From Escherichia phage JoYop, in the sequence record OR769032.1: DNA of 64,000 nt; one strand, 5' to 3'. Made by a program: the position numbers and the translations under genes. This document shows positions 45,491 through 55,186 of this stretch, in pieces; the first letter of the stretch is position 1; each line of letters starts with the position of its first letter. The notes below the pieces were generated by a model. The model saw only the letters and a list, made by a program, of their open reading frames with translations. It ran no database searches and was not told where the DNA came from.

Positions 45491-47754
45491 TACAATTTAC
45501 ACGCTGCGCAATCATCGGCTTTTGGAGTTTCTATTTCATAATCATCAGTACCAGAACCATCGCGGGTATTATGATAATAGAAATTTTTAATGCCATAATA
45601 CCATCCGTATAGCATGTCATCAATCATTATTGACATTGGAACCTTTCCTTTAGGGAAGATTTGGGGGTCATAATATGTATTCGCTGAAGCTGATTGACAC
45701 ACCCATTTCAGCATAATAGCTACCTGCGTAAGATACGGTTTATTACCTTTCTTAGCTAATTTCCATGTATAATCATAGAGGTCTATGTTATGTTCAATAT
45801 TGGGCACGACTTGATTAAAGGAACCCTCTTTTGACTCTTTAACAGAGACTGGTCCACGTGGAGGTTCGATACCGTTTGTACTGTTAGAAACTTGGGAAGA
45901 TGACTCACATGGCATAAGTGCTGATAATGTGCTATTACGGATGCCAAAGAGCTTAAGGTCTTCCCGCAGCGACGACCAGTCACAAACGTATTTTGGAGCT
46001 GCGATTTGGTCAATCTTTTTATTGTACCAGTCGATAGGTAATTCGCCTCGAGACCAACGAGTGTCTGAATAATATTCGCAAGGTCCTTTTTCTTTGGCGA
46101 GCTTAATGGATGCTTTAATGAGTCCATACTGTAATCTCTCAAATAGTTCATGCGTTAAATCGTTAGCATCTTCATAAGAAGCAAAGTTACTTGCTAGCCA
46201 AGCTGCATAGTTAGTAACACCTACGCCAAGATTACGACGCTTTTTAGCTTTTTCTGCTTCAGGAACTGGATATCCTTGGTAATCCAACAGATTATCAAGA
46301 GCACGAACTTGAACTTCTGCCAATTCATTAATTTTATCTTGGTCTTGCCAATCGAAGTTATCCAATACAAATGCAGATAAAGTGCATAATCCAATTTCAG
46401 CATCAGGACTATTCACATCATTTGTTGGAATAGCAATTTCACAGCACAAGTTACTCTGACGAATAGGTGCCTTTTCACGAATAAACGGCGTATAATTATT
46501 CGTGTTATCAATGAACTGTACATAAATCCTTGCTGTTCCTGAGCGTTCAGTCATGAGCAATTCAAATAGTTCACGTGCTTTAATACGCTTTTTACGAATA
46601 TTAGGGTCTTTTTCTGCTGCTTCGTATAATTCACGGAAACGGTCTTGGTCTTTAAAATAAGAATAATAAAGCTCGCCACCCATTTCATGTGGACTGAACA
46701 AAGTAATGTAATCGTTCTTTCCAAAACGTTCCATCATCAAATCATTCAGCTGAACACCATAATCCATATGACGGATACGGTTTTCTTCTACGCCTTTGTT
46801 ATTTTTTAAAACGAGAAGATTTTCAACTTCCAAATGCCAAATAGGATAATAAGCAGTAGCAGCGCCGCCACGAATTCCACCCTGTGAACACGATTTAACA
46901 GCAGTCTGAAAATGTTTCCAAAAAGGAATAACACCAGTATGTCGTACTTCGCCCATACCAATCTTAGAACCTTCGGCACGAATCATACCAACGTTAATAC
47001 CAATTCCAGCGCGTTTAGAAATATATTCAACAATTGAAGCAGAAGCCTTATTGATAGACTTCAATGAATCACCTGCCTCAATAACAACACATGAACTAAA
47101 CTGTCGAGTCGGAGTACGGCAACCAGCCATAATAGGAGTTGGCAGTGAAATCTGTCGAGTAGATACTGCTTCATAAAAACGAATAACATGTTTTAATCTA
47201 TCAACAGGTTCATCTTGATGCAATGCCATTCCGATAGTCATAAATGCAAACTGTGGAGTTTCATAAATTTGACCAGTGCTTTTATCTTTAACTAAATATT
47301 TTTCTTTTAATTGCATTGCACCGGAATAAGTAAATTCCATATCCCGCTCATGCTTAATTTTTGATTCTAAAAATGTAATTTCTTCTGCAGAATATTTTGA
47401 CAATAATTCAGGGTCATATTTCCCTTCATTTACACAATAAGAAATATGGTCAATAAATGAACGCGGTTCATACTGTCCATAAACATGCTTACGAAGAGCA
47501 AACATTAAACAGCGTGCAGCTACATATTGATAATCAGGCTCTTCGACTGAAATAGAATTCGCAGCGGCCTTAATGACGATAGTCTGAATATCATCAGTTG
47601 TCATTCCATCACGGAGATAAGATTTAATATTTTCATATAATTCATAAGGATCGACTGATGTTCCTTCAGCTGCCCAAGATAAAACTTTAATAATTTTTTG
47701 CGGGTCAAAGCTCTGAGAAACACCACTACTTTTGATAACATTAATTAATTGCAT
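45490..47754 (-). CDS. nrdA: Ribonucleotide reductase large subunit NrdA (754 aa)
   Basis: 754 aa equals T4 NrdA; N-terminal ATP-cone region. Confidence 0.92.
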   Translation of the reverse strand: MQLINVIKSSGVSQSFDPQKIIKVLSWAAEGTSVDPYELYENIKSYLRDGMTTDDIQTIVIKAAANSISVEEPDYQYVAARCLMFALRKHVYGQYEPRSFIDHISYCVNEGKYDPELLSKYSAEEITFLESKIKHERDMEFTYSGAMQLKEKYLVKDKSTGQIYETPQFAFMTIGMALHQDEPVDRLKHVIRFYEAVSTRQISLPTPIMAGCRTPTRQFSSCVVIEAGDSLKSINKASASIVEYISKRAGIGINVGMIRAEGSKIGMGEVRHTGVIPFWKHFQTAVKSCSQGGIRGGAATAYYPIWHLEVENLLVLKNNKGVEENRIRHMDYGVQLNDLMMERFGKNDYITLFSPHEMGGELYYSYFKDQDRFRELYEAAEKDPNIRKKRIKARELFELLMTERSGTARIYVQFIDNTNNYTPFIREKAPIRQSNLCCEIAIPTNDVNSPDAEIGLCTLSAFVLDNFDWQDQDKINELAEVQVRALDNLLDYQGYPVPEAEKAKKRRNLGVGVTNYAAWLASNFASYEDANDLTHELFERLQYGLIKASIKLAKEKGPCEYYSDTRWSRGELPIDWYNKKIDQIAAPKYVCDWSSLREDLKLFGIRNSTLSALMPCESSSQVSNSTNGIEPPRGPVSVKESKEGSFNQVVPNIEHNIDLYDYTWKLAKKGNKPYLTQVAIMLKWVCQSASANTYYDPQIFPKGKVPMSIMIDDMLYGWYYGIKNFYYHNTRDGSGTDDYEIETPKADDCAACKL

Positions 47755-48071
47755 AAGTCCTCAACTTGAAAATCGTCTTTAAACAATCGGTTAACTATAT
47801 GAGCTATTATATCACCATGACACGGCTTCGGTTTACATGTGCATCCTAGCCTCATTCCACGTAAAGGCTCTAAATGTGCTTTAGTTATTTCTCCGGATTT
47901 AATTCGACGTATAAAATCTTTTTTGAATAATTCAATGGCAGCCTCCCGGCTGCCAGCATCTTTACCGACGTAATTTCCCCAAAATGTACCACGGTGAATA
48001 TTAACATCAAAGTCGGATTTATATTTATTCACTACCTGGCATAGACGGCCCGCGCGGTGATAATTCGTCAT
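47745..48071 (-). CDS. nrdA.1: Hypothetical protein (108 aa)
   Basis: Positional. Confidence 0.5.
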   Translation of the reverse strand: MTNYHRAGRLCQVVNKYKSDFDVNIHRGTFWGNYVGKDAGSREAAIELFKKDFIRRIKSGEITKAHLEPLRGMRLGCTCKPKPCHGDIIAHIVNRLFKDDFQVEDLCN

Positions 48072-48288
48072 ATTGTTTTTCCGTTAAAACAGTAATATCA
48101 TAATAACAGTCAGAAGAAGTTTTAACTGTGGAAATTTTATTATCAAAATACTCACGAGTCATTTTATGAGTATAATATTTTTTGCCATAAATTATAATAG
48201 GCTGATTTGGTCCTGGAACTTCTAACTCGCTTGGGTTAGGAAGTGTAAAAAGAACTACACCAGAAGTATCTTTAAATCGTAAAATCAT
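48025..48288 (-). CDS. nrdA.2: Hypothetical protein (87 aa)
   Basis: Positional; overlaps neighbour in a different frame. Confidence 0.45.
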   Translation of the reverse strand: MILRFKDTSGVVLFTLPNPSELEVPGPNQPIIIYGKKYYTHKMTREYFDNKISTVKTSSDCYYDITVLTEKQYDELSPRGPSMPGSE

Positions 48289-48311
48289 ATATCCTCACAA
48301 TTAAATTAAAA

Positions 48312-49172
48312 TTACACTGCCATTTTTCCTTTCAAGACACCATGGGACTGATAATCTTTGAGAACGAAATCTCGTGCTGTCATATATTCAGTTAACCAAT
48401 ACATTTGAGTTTCAGTATCGCATTGACTGAATCCATTAGGCCAATTGATACTGAGTTTACATAGGTCCATAGGGGTTCTATTTAATATCTCTTTGCATTG
48501 CACAATATGGTTAGAATAAATGTGTGTATTACCACCAGAGAATATCAAATCACCTGGAACTAGTTCACACATGTCAGCAACAATATGCAAAAGAGCAGCA
48601 TAGCTCGCGATGTTAAATGGAAGACCGAGGAAAACATCTACTGATCGTTGATACCATTGGAGGTCAAGGTATCCGTTACGAACATTAAACTGATAGAACA
48701 TATGACAAGGTGGTAATGCCATCTGCTTAAGTTCTGCCGGATTCCACGCAGAAACAATTTGGCGTCTATCATTAGGAAATGTTTTAATACGATCAATAAC
48801 TTCTACAATTTGGTCTACACCGCCAAAATCACGCCATTGTTTTCCATAAATTGGACCAAGCTCACCGCTATGATATCCTAAATCTTTTGCTTGTTTTTCG
48901 TAATTTTCATCCCAAATCGTTTTCCCTGCAATTAAAGACCCGTGAGTACGCTGACGCAGGTCATTTACGTTAGTACTTCCTGATAAGAACCACAATAACT
49001 CAGAAATACAAGCATTCCAGGCGAGCTTTTTGGTTGTTACCGCAGGAAAACCTTTAGTTAAATCCCAACGCAATTTAGTACCAAACAGAGCAATTGTTCC
49101 TGTGCCTGTTCGGTCATCGGTTTCATAGCCATTTTCAAGGATATTTTTAATTAAATCTTGGTATTGTTTCAT
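48312..49172 (-). CDS. td: Thymidylate synthase, uninterrupted (286 aa)
   Basis: 286 aa continuous ORF with no intron; N-terminus MKQYQDLIK. Confidence 0.92.
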   Translation of the reverse strand: MKQYQDLIKNILENGYETDDRTGTGTIALFGTKLRWDLTKGFPAVTTKKLAWNACISELLWFLSGSTNVNDLRQRTHGSLIAGKTIWDENYEKQAKDLGYHSGELGPIYGKQWRDFGGVDQIVEVIDRIKTFPNDRRQIVSAWNPAELKQMALPPCHMFYQFNVRNGYLDLQWYQRSVDVFLGLPFNIASYAALLHIVADMCELVPGDLIFSGGNTHIYSNHIVQCKEILNRTPMDLCKLSINWPNGFSQCDTETQMYWLTEYMTARDFVLKDYQSHGVLKGKMAV

Positions 49173-49185
49173 TTAGCACCTATAA

Positions 49186-50143
<958 letters not shown>

Positions 50144-50386
50144 TCAAAACCCCTTTTCAATAAACCATTCAGTGGCTTTATTAGCATCAAAGAATAACTC
50201 TTCATATGTCTTTTCTTTGTTTTCAAAAACTGTCACACAAACACGTTGACATTCTCCGCAGTATTCTTCTGACATACTCAAAGCGTCAGAAAACATTTCA
50301 TTAAATTCACTTAAATCAGGATTATGTAATGCGTTAAAAATTGCATAATCGAATTCGTCATTCATAAATTCAAAAACAAAAATCAT
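50144..50386 (-). CDS. Hypothetical early protein (80 aa)
   Basis: ORF with ATG start. Confidence 0.5.
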   Translation of the reverse strand: MIFVFEFMNDEFDYAIFNALHNPDLSEFNEMFSDALSMSEEYCGECQRVCVTVFENKEKTYEELFFDANKATEWFIEKGF

Positions 50387-50397
50387 ATTATCTCCTA

Positions 50398-50730
50398 TTA
50401 AAAAGGATCAGGAACATATCCGCTAGCTTTAATCATTTTAATTAACGTTAGCATTCCTTTATTAACTGCTTGCGAAATTTCATCAAAAACTTCATCACTA
50501 AAAAGTTCTAACACGCCCTTTTGAACTTTTAATTTACAGCCAACAATTTCGTCATCGCCTATAGTAAATTCATTACCACCAATTCCACCGAAAAACTTAA
50601 TTACACCAGTTAACTGTCTTCCACGAGAATATGGGTCGTGCGATAAAGTAATATGAGTCACCCCGGGTACAGTTTTAAATTGGCAACGAATGTTTACTTG
50701 TGAAATTCCAGTTACATGAATGTCAGACAT
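50398..50730 (-). CDS. Hypothetical early protein (110 aa)
   Basis: ORF with ATG start. Confidence 0.5.
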   Translation of the reverse strand: MSDIHVTGISQVNIRCQFKTVPGVTHITLSHDPYSRGRQLTGVIKFFGGIGGNEFTIGDDEIVGCKLKVQKGVLELFSDEVFDEISQAVNKGMLTLIKMIKASGYVPDPF

Positions 50731-50740
50731 AATATTTTCC

Positions 50741-50983
50741 TCAAACAGACTTTTTCACAATTTTCCAATCAGCTTTAAACTGTTCAACGTCAGAATGGTA
50801 AATCCAGAATCCTGCGCTTTCTCCATCTTCATAAAGAGGACATCCATCACATTCATCTTCCCATCCCATATCACGCAAAAGACGTTCAGCTTTTTCAACA
50901 AGTTCAGAATCTTTACCGATGATATTAAAATACCATTTACCTTTAACTTCTGAATCTTTGATGCTCTGGCGTTGTAATTTCAT
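50741..50983 (-). CDS. Hypothetical early protein (80 aa)
   Basis: ORF with ATG start; early promoter upstream. Confidence 0.5.
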   Translation of the reverse strand: MKLQRQSIKDSEVKGKWYFNIIGKDSELVEKAERLLRDMGWEDECDGCPLYEDGESAGFWIYHSDVEQFKADWKIVKKSV

Positions 50984-51008
50984 TTTATTCTCCTTAGTTG
51001 ATAGGGTA

Positions 51009-51037
51009 ATAGTATCACACTACTACCCTTCTGTAAA
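51009..51037 (-). promoter_or_regulatory. Early promoter: -35 GTTTACA, 17 bp, -10 TACTAT
   Basis: rc of 51032-51037 is TTTACA; rc of 51009-51014 is TACTAT. Confidence 0.5.
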
Positions 51038-51418
51038 CTACTTTTTGAAAGTTTTTCGCAAAAGTTCAATGATTTCATCTACATTGTTTTCGTCAACAAT
51101 GCAGTGAATTTTTATTACGCCAGAAACCTTGTCTTCGACTTCATCTTCTTCAGAAGTCGGTTCTTTATACTCGTGGAAACAATGAAATTCGTCTTCGCAA
51201 ATTTCTAAAAGTCTATCTTTGAGATAAAAATGCTTTCCATTTGCGCATTCAATGTGTTTTACTGCTTTATATCCATTAGCGACGGAAACTTCTTTAACTT
51301 CAAACCATCCGCCATTATCTCGAATAGCTTTAACTATTGATGAATTAGAACGTGGACTATAATTAATAAATGTATCAATAAGTCTTGGAACAAGTTCATA
51401 CTTTCTACCAGTATACAT
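51038..51418 (-). CDS. Hypothetical protein (126 aa)
   Basis: ORF with ATG start and SD GAGG. Confidence 0.5.
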   Translation of the reverse strand: MYTGRKYELVPRLIDTFINYSPRSNSSIVKAIRDNGGWFEVKEVSVANGYKAVKHIECANGKHFYLKDRLLEICEDEFHCFHEYKEPTSEEDEVEDKVSGVIKIHCIVDENNVDEIIELLRKTFKK

Positions 51419-51438
51419 AATGTTTCCTCATTTTAATA

Positions 51439-51454
51439 GGGGCTTGATAGCCCC
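51439..51454 (-). terminator. Hairpin ggggcttgatagcccc between two small early ORFs
   Basis: 5-bp GC stem, 6-nt loop. Confidence 0.35.
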
Positions 51455-51461
51455 TTGATAA

Positions 51462-51689
51462 TTATTGTTCAATCAGTCCCATGTAAAATTCTACGTCTTC
51501 AGAATCCATACCATCACAATATTCATTAGCCATAAAGCGGGTGAGGTCTTCAAGAGGACCTTCAATAACGATTTGAATGCTCCAAAACTTAGAATCTTGT
51601 ACACTTGTGATACTAAGTTCAGGATAGCGATTACGAATAATTTCTTCAATATATTCAAAATCAACAATGTCAATATCAACTTTAGCCAT
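51462..51689 (-). CDS. Hypothetical protein (75 aa from ATG)
   Basis: ATG at 51689 preceded by strong SD AAGAGGA; ORF track start 51815 would run through promoter and terminator. Confidence 0.5.
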   Translation of the reverse strand: MAKVDIDIVDFEYIEEIIRNRYPELSITSVQDSKFWSIQIVIEGPLEDLTRFMANEYCDGMDSEDVEFYMGLIEQ

Positions 51690-51732
51690 ATTATTTTCCT
51701 CTTTAATCATCAGCAGTATTGCCGATAGTTGT

Positions 51733-51761
51733 ATAGTACCATGGAAGAACAGGGGTGTAAA
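51733..51761 (-). promoter_or_regulatory. Early promoter: -35 GTTTACA, 17 bp, -10 TACTAT
   Basis: rc of 51756-51761 is TTTACA; rc of 51733-51738 is TACTAT. Confidence 0.5.
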
Positions 51762-51780
51762 CAGTTTTGTGAAAAAATTT

Positions 51781-51813
51781 TTGAAAATAAAAAAGGGGAC
51801 CTCTAAGGTCCCC
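51781..51813 (-). terminator. Intrinsic terminator of gene 32 transcripts: hairpin ggggacctctaaggtcccc plus U-run
   Basis: 7-bp stem 51795-51813; plus-strand A-run 51786-51794 gives U-run after the stem on minus transcript; 22 nt past the gp32 stop. Confidence 0.65.
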
Positions 51814-51835
51814 AATTAATTAGTAATATAATCTA

Positions 51836-52744
51836 TTAAAGGTCATTCAAAAGGTCATCCAGGTCCGTGTCATCAGCACTAGATGAACTGCCAGAGCTTG
51901 AGCTCATAAAATCATCTTCAGTTTTTGTTTTGAAGTCATCAACATTGAATGCATCCAAATCATCAGCAACTTTATCAGCTTTCTTAGCGGCAGTTGCTGC
52001 GGCACCGCCCATAGCAGCAGTTCCCATAACTTGACTGAACTTAGTGCTCAGTTCTTCAAACGATTTGAATTTATCTTTAGAAGTCATTTCAGAAAGGTCA
52101 ACCATCTGTTCAAACAGTTCTTTCTGGAAAGATTCATCATCAATGTTTGGAATCGCAGATTGATTCAGGAATTTAGATTCGTCGTAGTTACTAAAACCAG
52201 AAACTTGTTTAACTTTCAGTACAAAGTTAGCACCTTCCCACGGACAAGTTACATCAACCGGAGTTTCACCCATTTCAACATCAACTGCAATCATTGCATT
52301 GATTTTATCCCAGATTTTCTTACCGAAACGGTATTTAAATACTTTACCTTCATTTTCTGGAGCAGCTGGGTCTTTTACAACAAGAATGTTAGCCCAGTAA
52401 GAAGTTTTACGTTTAACAAGACCGTACTCTTTATTATCAGTGTTGTACAAATCATTTTTACTGATGTACTGACATACTGGACAAGAATCGTAATCACCGT
52501 GGGTAGATGAACAGTTTTCAATATACCATTTACCATTTTTCTTGAAACCGTGATTTACAAGAATTGCGAATGGTGCCTGTTCATCATTTTTAGACGGAAG
52601 AAAACGAATTACTGCTTGACCGTTACCCGCATTGTCGAGTTTCAGTTTCCACTCGCCTTTATCTTCAGAAGAAAAACCACCTTTATTTCCAGCCAGTTTA
52701 GCCATTTGCGCAGCGAGTTCAGCAGTAGATTTACGTTTAAACAT
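51836..52744 (-). CDS. 32: Single-stranded DNA-binding protein gp32 (302 aa)
   Basis: N-terminus [17 protein letters not shown], zinc-ligand cluster, acidic Ser/Asp-rich C-terminus. Confidence 0.92.
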   Translation of the reverse strand: MFKRKSTAELAAQMAKLAGNKGGFSSEDKGEWKLKLDNAGNGQAVIRFLPSKNDEQAPFAILVNHGFKKNGKWYIENCSSTHGDYDSCPVCQYISKNDLYNTDNKEYGLVKRKTSYWANILVVKDPAAPENEGKVFKYRFGKKIWDKINAMIAVDVEMGETPVDVTCPWEGANFVLKVKQVSGFSNYDESKFLNQSAIPNIDDESFQKELFEQMVDLSEMTSKDKFKSFEELSTKFSQVMGTAAMGGAAATAAKKADKVADDLDAFNVDDFKTKTEDDFMSSSSGSSSSADDTDLDDLLNDL

Positions 52745-52804
52745 TTTTATTTCCTTTTTAATTTAATTGACAGTTGGTGCTATGACGATGTATGACCTCA
52801 TAGC
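52745..52804 (-). promoter_or_regulatory. Gene 32 translational operator: AU-rich unstructured leader plus upstream stem-loop
   Basis: Leader reads AAUUAAAUUAAAAAGGAAAUAAAA before AUG; inverted repeat gctatga/tcatagc at 52779-52804; gp32 autoregulation at such a site is established for T4. Confidence 0.5.
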
Positions 52805-52827
52805 TGGTCAGTGAGATAATTATAATC

Positions 52828-52835
52828 TATTTATA
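52828..52835 (-). promoter_or_regulatory. Late promoter box TATAAATA (minus strand) upstream of gene 32
   Basis: Plus-strand tatttata about 85 bp upstream of the gene 32 ATG. Confidence 0.4.
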
Positions 52836-52843
52836 ATAAGCAA

Positions 52844-53497
52844 TTAGTACTTGCAAGATTTCACAGTTTCAATAAAAACACTTTTAGCTTTCTGTGAATC
52901 AATATTTAAAATTTTTCTATAAGCCTTTAACTTTATAGAATAATTATTCCAGACTAAATTATCAGTCTGTTCATCATGTTTATCAATTATATTTAAAAAC
53001 GAATCAAGCAAGATAAATGTCTCAAACGAAATTATATTCGATTGCAGAAGTTTAAAAATATAACTTGACTGAACTTTTGGATTATACTCAAAAATTTCTT
53101 TAAAAGCAGAAACTTCAACTTTTTTACTAAAATAATAAATGTTGCGAATATCTTCTTCAAACTTAAATTTAATTTGCTTTAAGCGTCCGATATATTCACG
53201 ATAAAACACAAGTGCATCAGCGTCAGAGATGTCACCAATCCAAGCATCTTGGTTAGCAACCAAATTGCTTATAAAGATTAAAGCAAGTTCCTTTAATTTA
53301 TATTTTTCTGATAACTTCTGGAAAAAATACTTATCCCTTCGCTTTTGATAAGCGGCATCAGACACCCGCATGCACCAATTATACTTAATTACATCATACT
53401 TTCCATTCATATGTTGTTTTATCATTAAGTATAATTTATAAACTGACTTACCATCAATGTATCTTTCACCACCAGCAGGCATGCGGAGTTTAATCAT
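52844..53497 (-). CDS. 59: Helicase loader gp59 (217 aa)
   Basis: 217 aa equals T4 gp59; position upstream of 32. Confidence 0.88.
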   Translation of the reverse strand: MIKLRMPAGGERYIDGKSVYKLYLMIKQHMNGKYDVIKYNWCMRVSDAAYQKRRDKYFFQKLSEKYKLKELALIFISNLVANQDAWIGDISDADALVFYREYIGRLKQIKFKFEEDIRNIYYFSKKVEVSAFKEIFEYNPKVQSSYIFKLLQSNIISFETFILLDSFLNIIDKHDEQTDNLVWNNYSIKLKAYRKILNIDSQKAKSVFIETVKSCKY

Positions 53498-53832
53498 AGT
53501 AGAAAATCTAATGTATTAGTTTTTTCACAACGAACAACAGAAGGACGTAAAAGATTTTCGTCAATAGCTTCTGACTGAATTTTTTCAATTATACCCGAAG
53601 GAATAAATTTAGCAAATTGAGTTTCAGGAATAGAATTTTCTTCCAAGAATGCTGTTGTAGCTTCAAGATAACTCATTCCAAACTCTTCTACCATTTTTTC
53701 AATAATAAATCCATTTTCTTGACGATCAAGAAGCTTTGCTATTTCATCCTTTTCTTTCTTAATTGAAAGTTCTTTTTCTGAAAGACCGGTCTCATCGACC
53801 GGACGAATATCATTTAGAGAAAACTGTGTCAT
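53494..53832 (-). CDS. 33: Late transcription co-activator gp33 (112 aa)
   Basis: ATG at 53832 gives MTQFSLNDIRP and 112 aa; ORF track start is TTG 3 codons upstream. Confidence 0.85.
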   Translation of the reverse strand: MTQFSLNDIRPVDETGLSEKELSIKKEKDEIAKLLDRQENGFIIEKMVEEFGMSYLEATTAFLEENSIPETQFAKFIPSGIIEKIQSEAIDENLLRPSVVRCEKTNTLDFLL

Positions 53833-54079
53833 AAAGTTCAACTACCTCTTCAGTTTCAGCTTCAAACACATCACGATTATCTTTATGATACAAAGCTAAT
53901 AGACGATTAAACATCTTACCATCAACACCAAGTTCATCTTTGGCACGAATTCGAATATCTTTAATCAATTCATTATAACCAGAAATTTTCAGTTTATGAT
54001 CAGATGCTTCTTTAATAAATTTAGCCAAGTCTTCGCCATGGATAGCTTCATCAAATTCAACCATTTCTTTTTTAGCCAT
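53810..54079 (-). CDS. dsbA: dsDNA-binding protein DsbA (89 aa)
   Basis: 89 aa, overlaps gene 33 start, position upstream of 33 as in T4. Confidence 0.8.
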   Translation of the reverse strand: MAKKEMVEFDEAIHGEDLAKFIKEASDHKLKISGYNELIKDIRIRAKDELGVDGKMFNRLLALYHKDNRDVFEAETEEVVELYDTVFSK

Positions 54080-54087
54080 TATTCACC

Positions 54088-55082
54088 TCAAAATTCATTA
54101 ATGCTATTAGTTAATTTAGAAAGACCCGCTTTTACAAAATATGAATAAATTTTGCCACGCGGTGGTAATTTATATGAATTATAGTAATTCACAATGTTTG
54201 AAGCAATATTATCAGGAATATAATCAAAATCAATTAGAACTAGATTTTCTTTATAACGATTATATTCAGATTCTGTGAGAAGCACCTTAGCTTGTTCACG
54301 GTCATTAGCAATAGCTTCAACGATTGAAGTTTTCATTGAAGGGGTTCGTTCACCTTCAACTCTTGTAAACCAAAAGTCAGATCGTACTTTAACTGAAGCA
54401 ACGTTATCCTTTTTGTCACCTTTAAGGATTTTAGTCATACAGTCAATTTCAGCAGAACCGCTTTTAATTTTAACCCATTTCTTGTGCATCGGTGACCATT
54501 GCTTAACATTTGGGTATTTATGAAGTTGAGTAAAGTCACCATCAGATGAAATGATTAAAATCTTATGTCCTTCTAAAGAGAACTTTTTAACCAAAACAGC
54601 AATATGGTCATCTGCTTCATACTTATCAATATCCATAACGATGTATGGCATATAAGCTTTCAATTCATCTATAACTTTATGGCTGGATTCAAAATAACCT
54701 TCCCAGTCCCAAGTAGGATGTATGGCATATAAGCTTTCAATTCATCTATAACTTTATGGCTGGATTCAAAATAACCTTCCCAGTCCCAAGTAGATTCTTC
54801 TCGTGCTTTTCCGCGGTTTTTCTTGTAATAATAGGCGAAATCACGACGCCAATATCCCGATTTCGCGTTATCGATACACAGTACGATTTTAGTGTATCCA
54901 AGAGTTTTTGCTTTTTTGACATTAAACTTAATTGAGTTCAATATCAAATGACGAACCATTGATAAATTAATTTTTTCTTTATCTGGGAAGTTTACTAAAG
55001 CAGTTGAAAGTGCGATTTGACTAAAGTCAATTAAGCAGATTCCTTCTTTGTAATCTTCATCCAGCATCATTTCTAAATCCAT
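54088..55082 (-). pseudogene. rnh: RNase H (5'-3' exonuclease / flap endonuclease) disrupted by a 77-bp tandem duplication
   Basis: N-terminus MDLEMMLDEDYKEGICLIDF; reading frame shifts after ...ELKAYMPYI; two ORFs (54669..55097 and 54088..54663) together cover the protein; removing one repeat copy restores a 305-codon ORF. Confidence 0.8.
54640..54793. repeat. Perfect direct tandem duplication, 2 x 77 bp
   Basis: 54640-54716 identical to 54717-54793 (gatgtatggcatataagctttcaattcatctataactttatggctggattcaaaataaccttcccagtcccaagtag). Confidence 0.95.
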
Positions 55083-55144
55083 ATGAACCTCGTTCAATTA
55101 GTGAGATTTCTATTATATACCATCCAAATCTTAAAGTAAACAAG

Positions 55145-55152
55145 TATAAATA
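55145..55152 (+). promoter_or_regulatory. Late promoter box TATAAATA for gene 34
   Basis: Exact TATAAATA 35 bp upstream of gene 34 ATG. Confidence 0.6.
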
Positions 55153-55186
55153 CTTATTATTGAAAACACAATAGGAGCCCGGGAGA

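Noticed and set aside
51690-51815. N-terminal extension of the 117-aa ORF downstream of gene 32
   Set aside because: Would read through the gene 32 terminator and an early promoter; internal ATG at 51689 has a strong SD.
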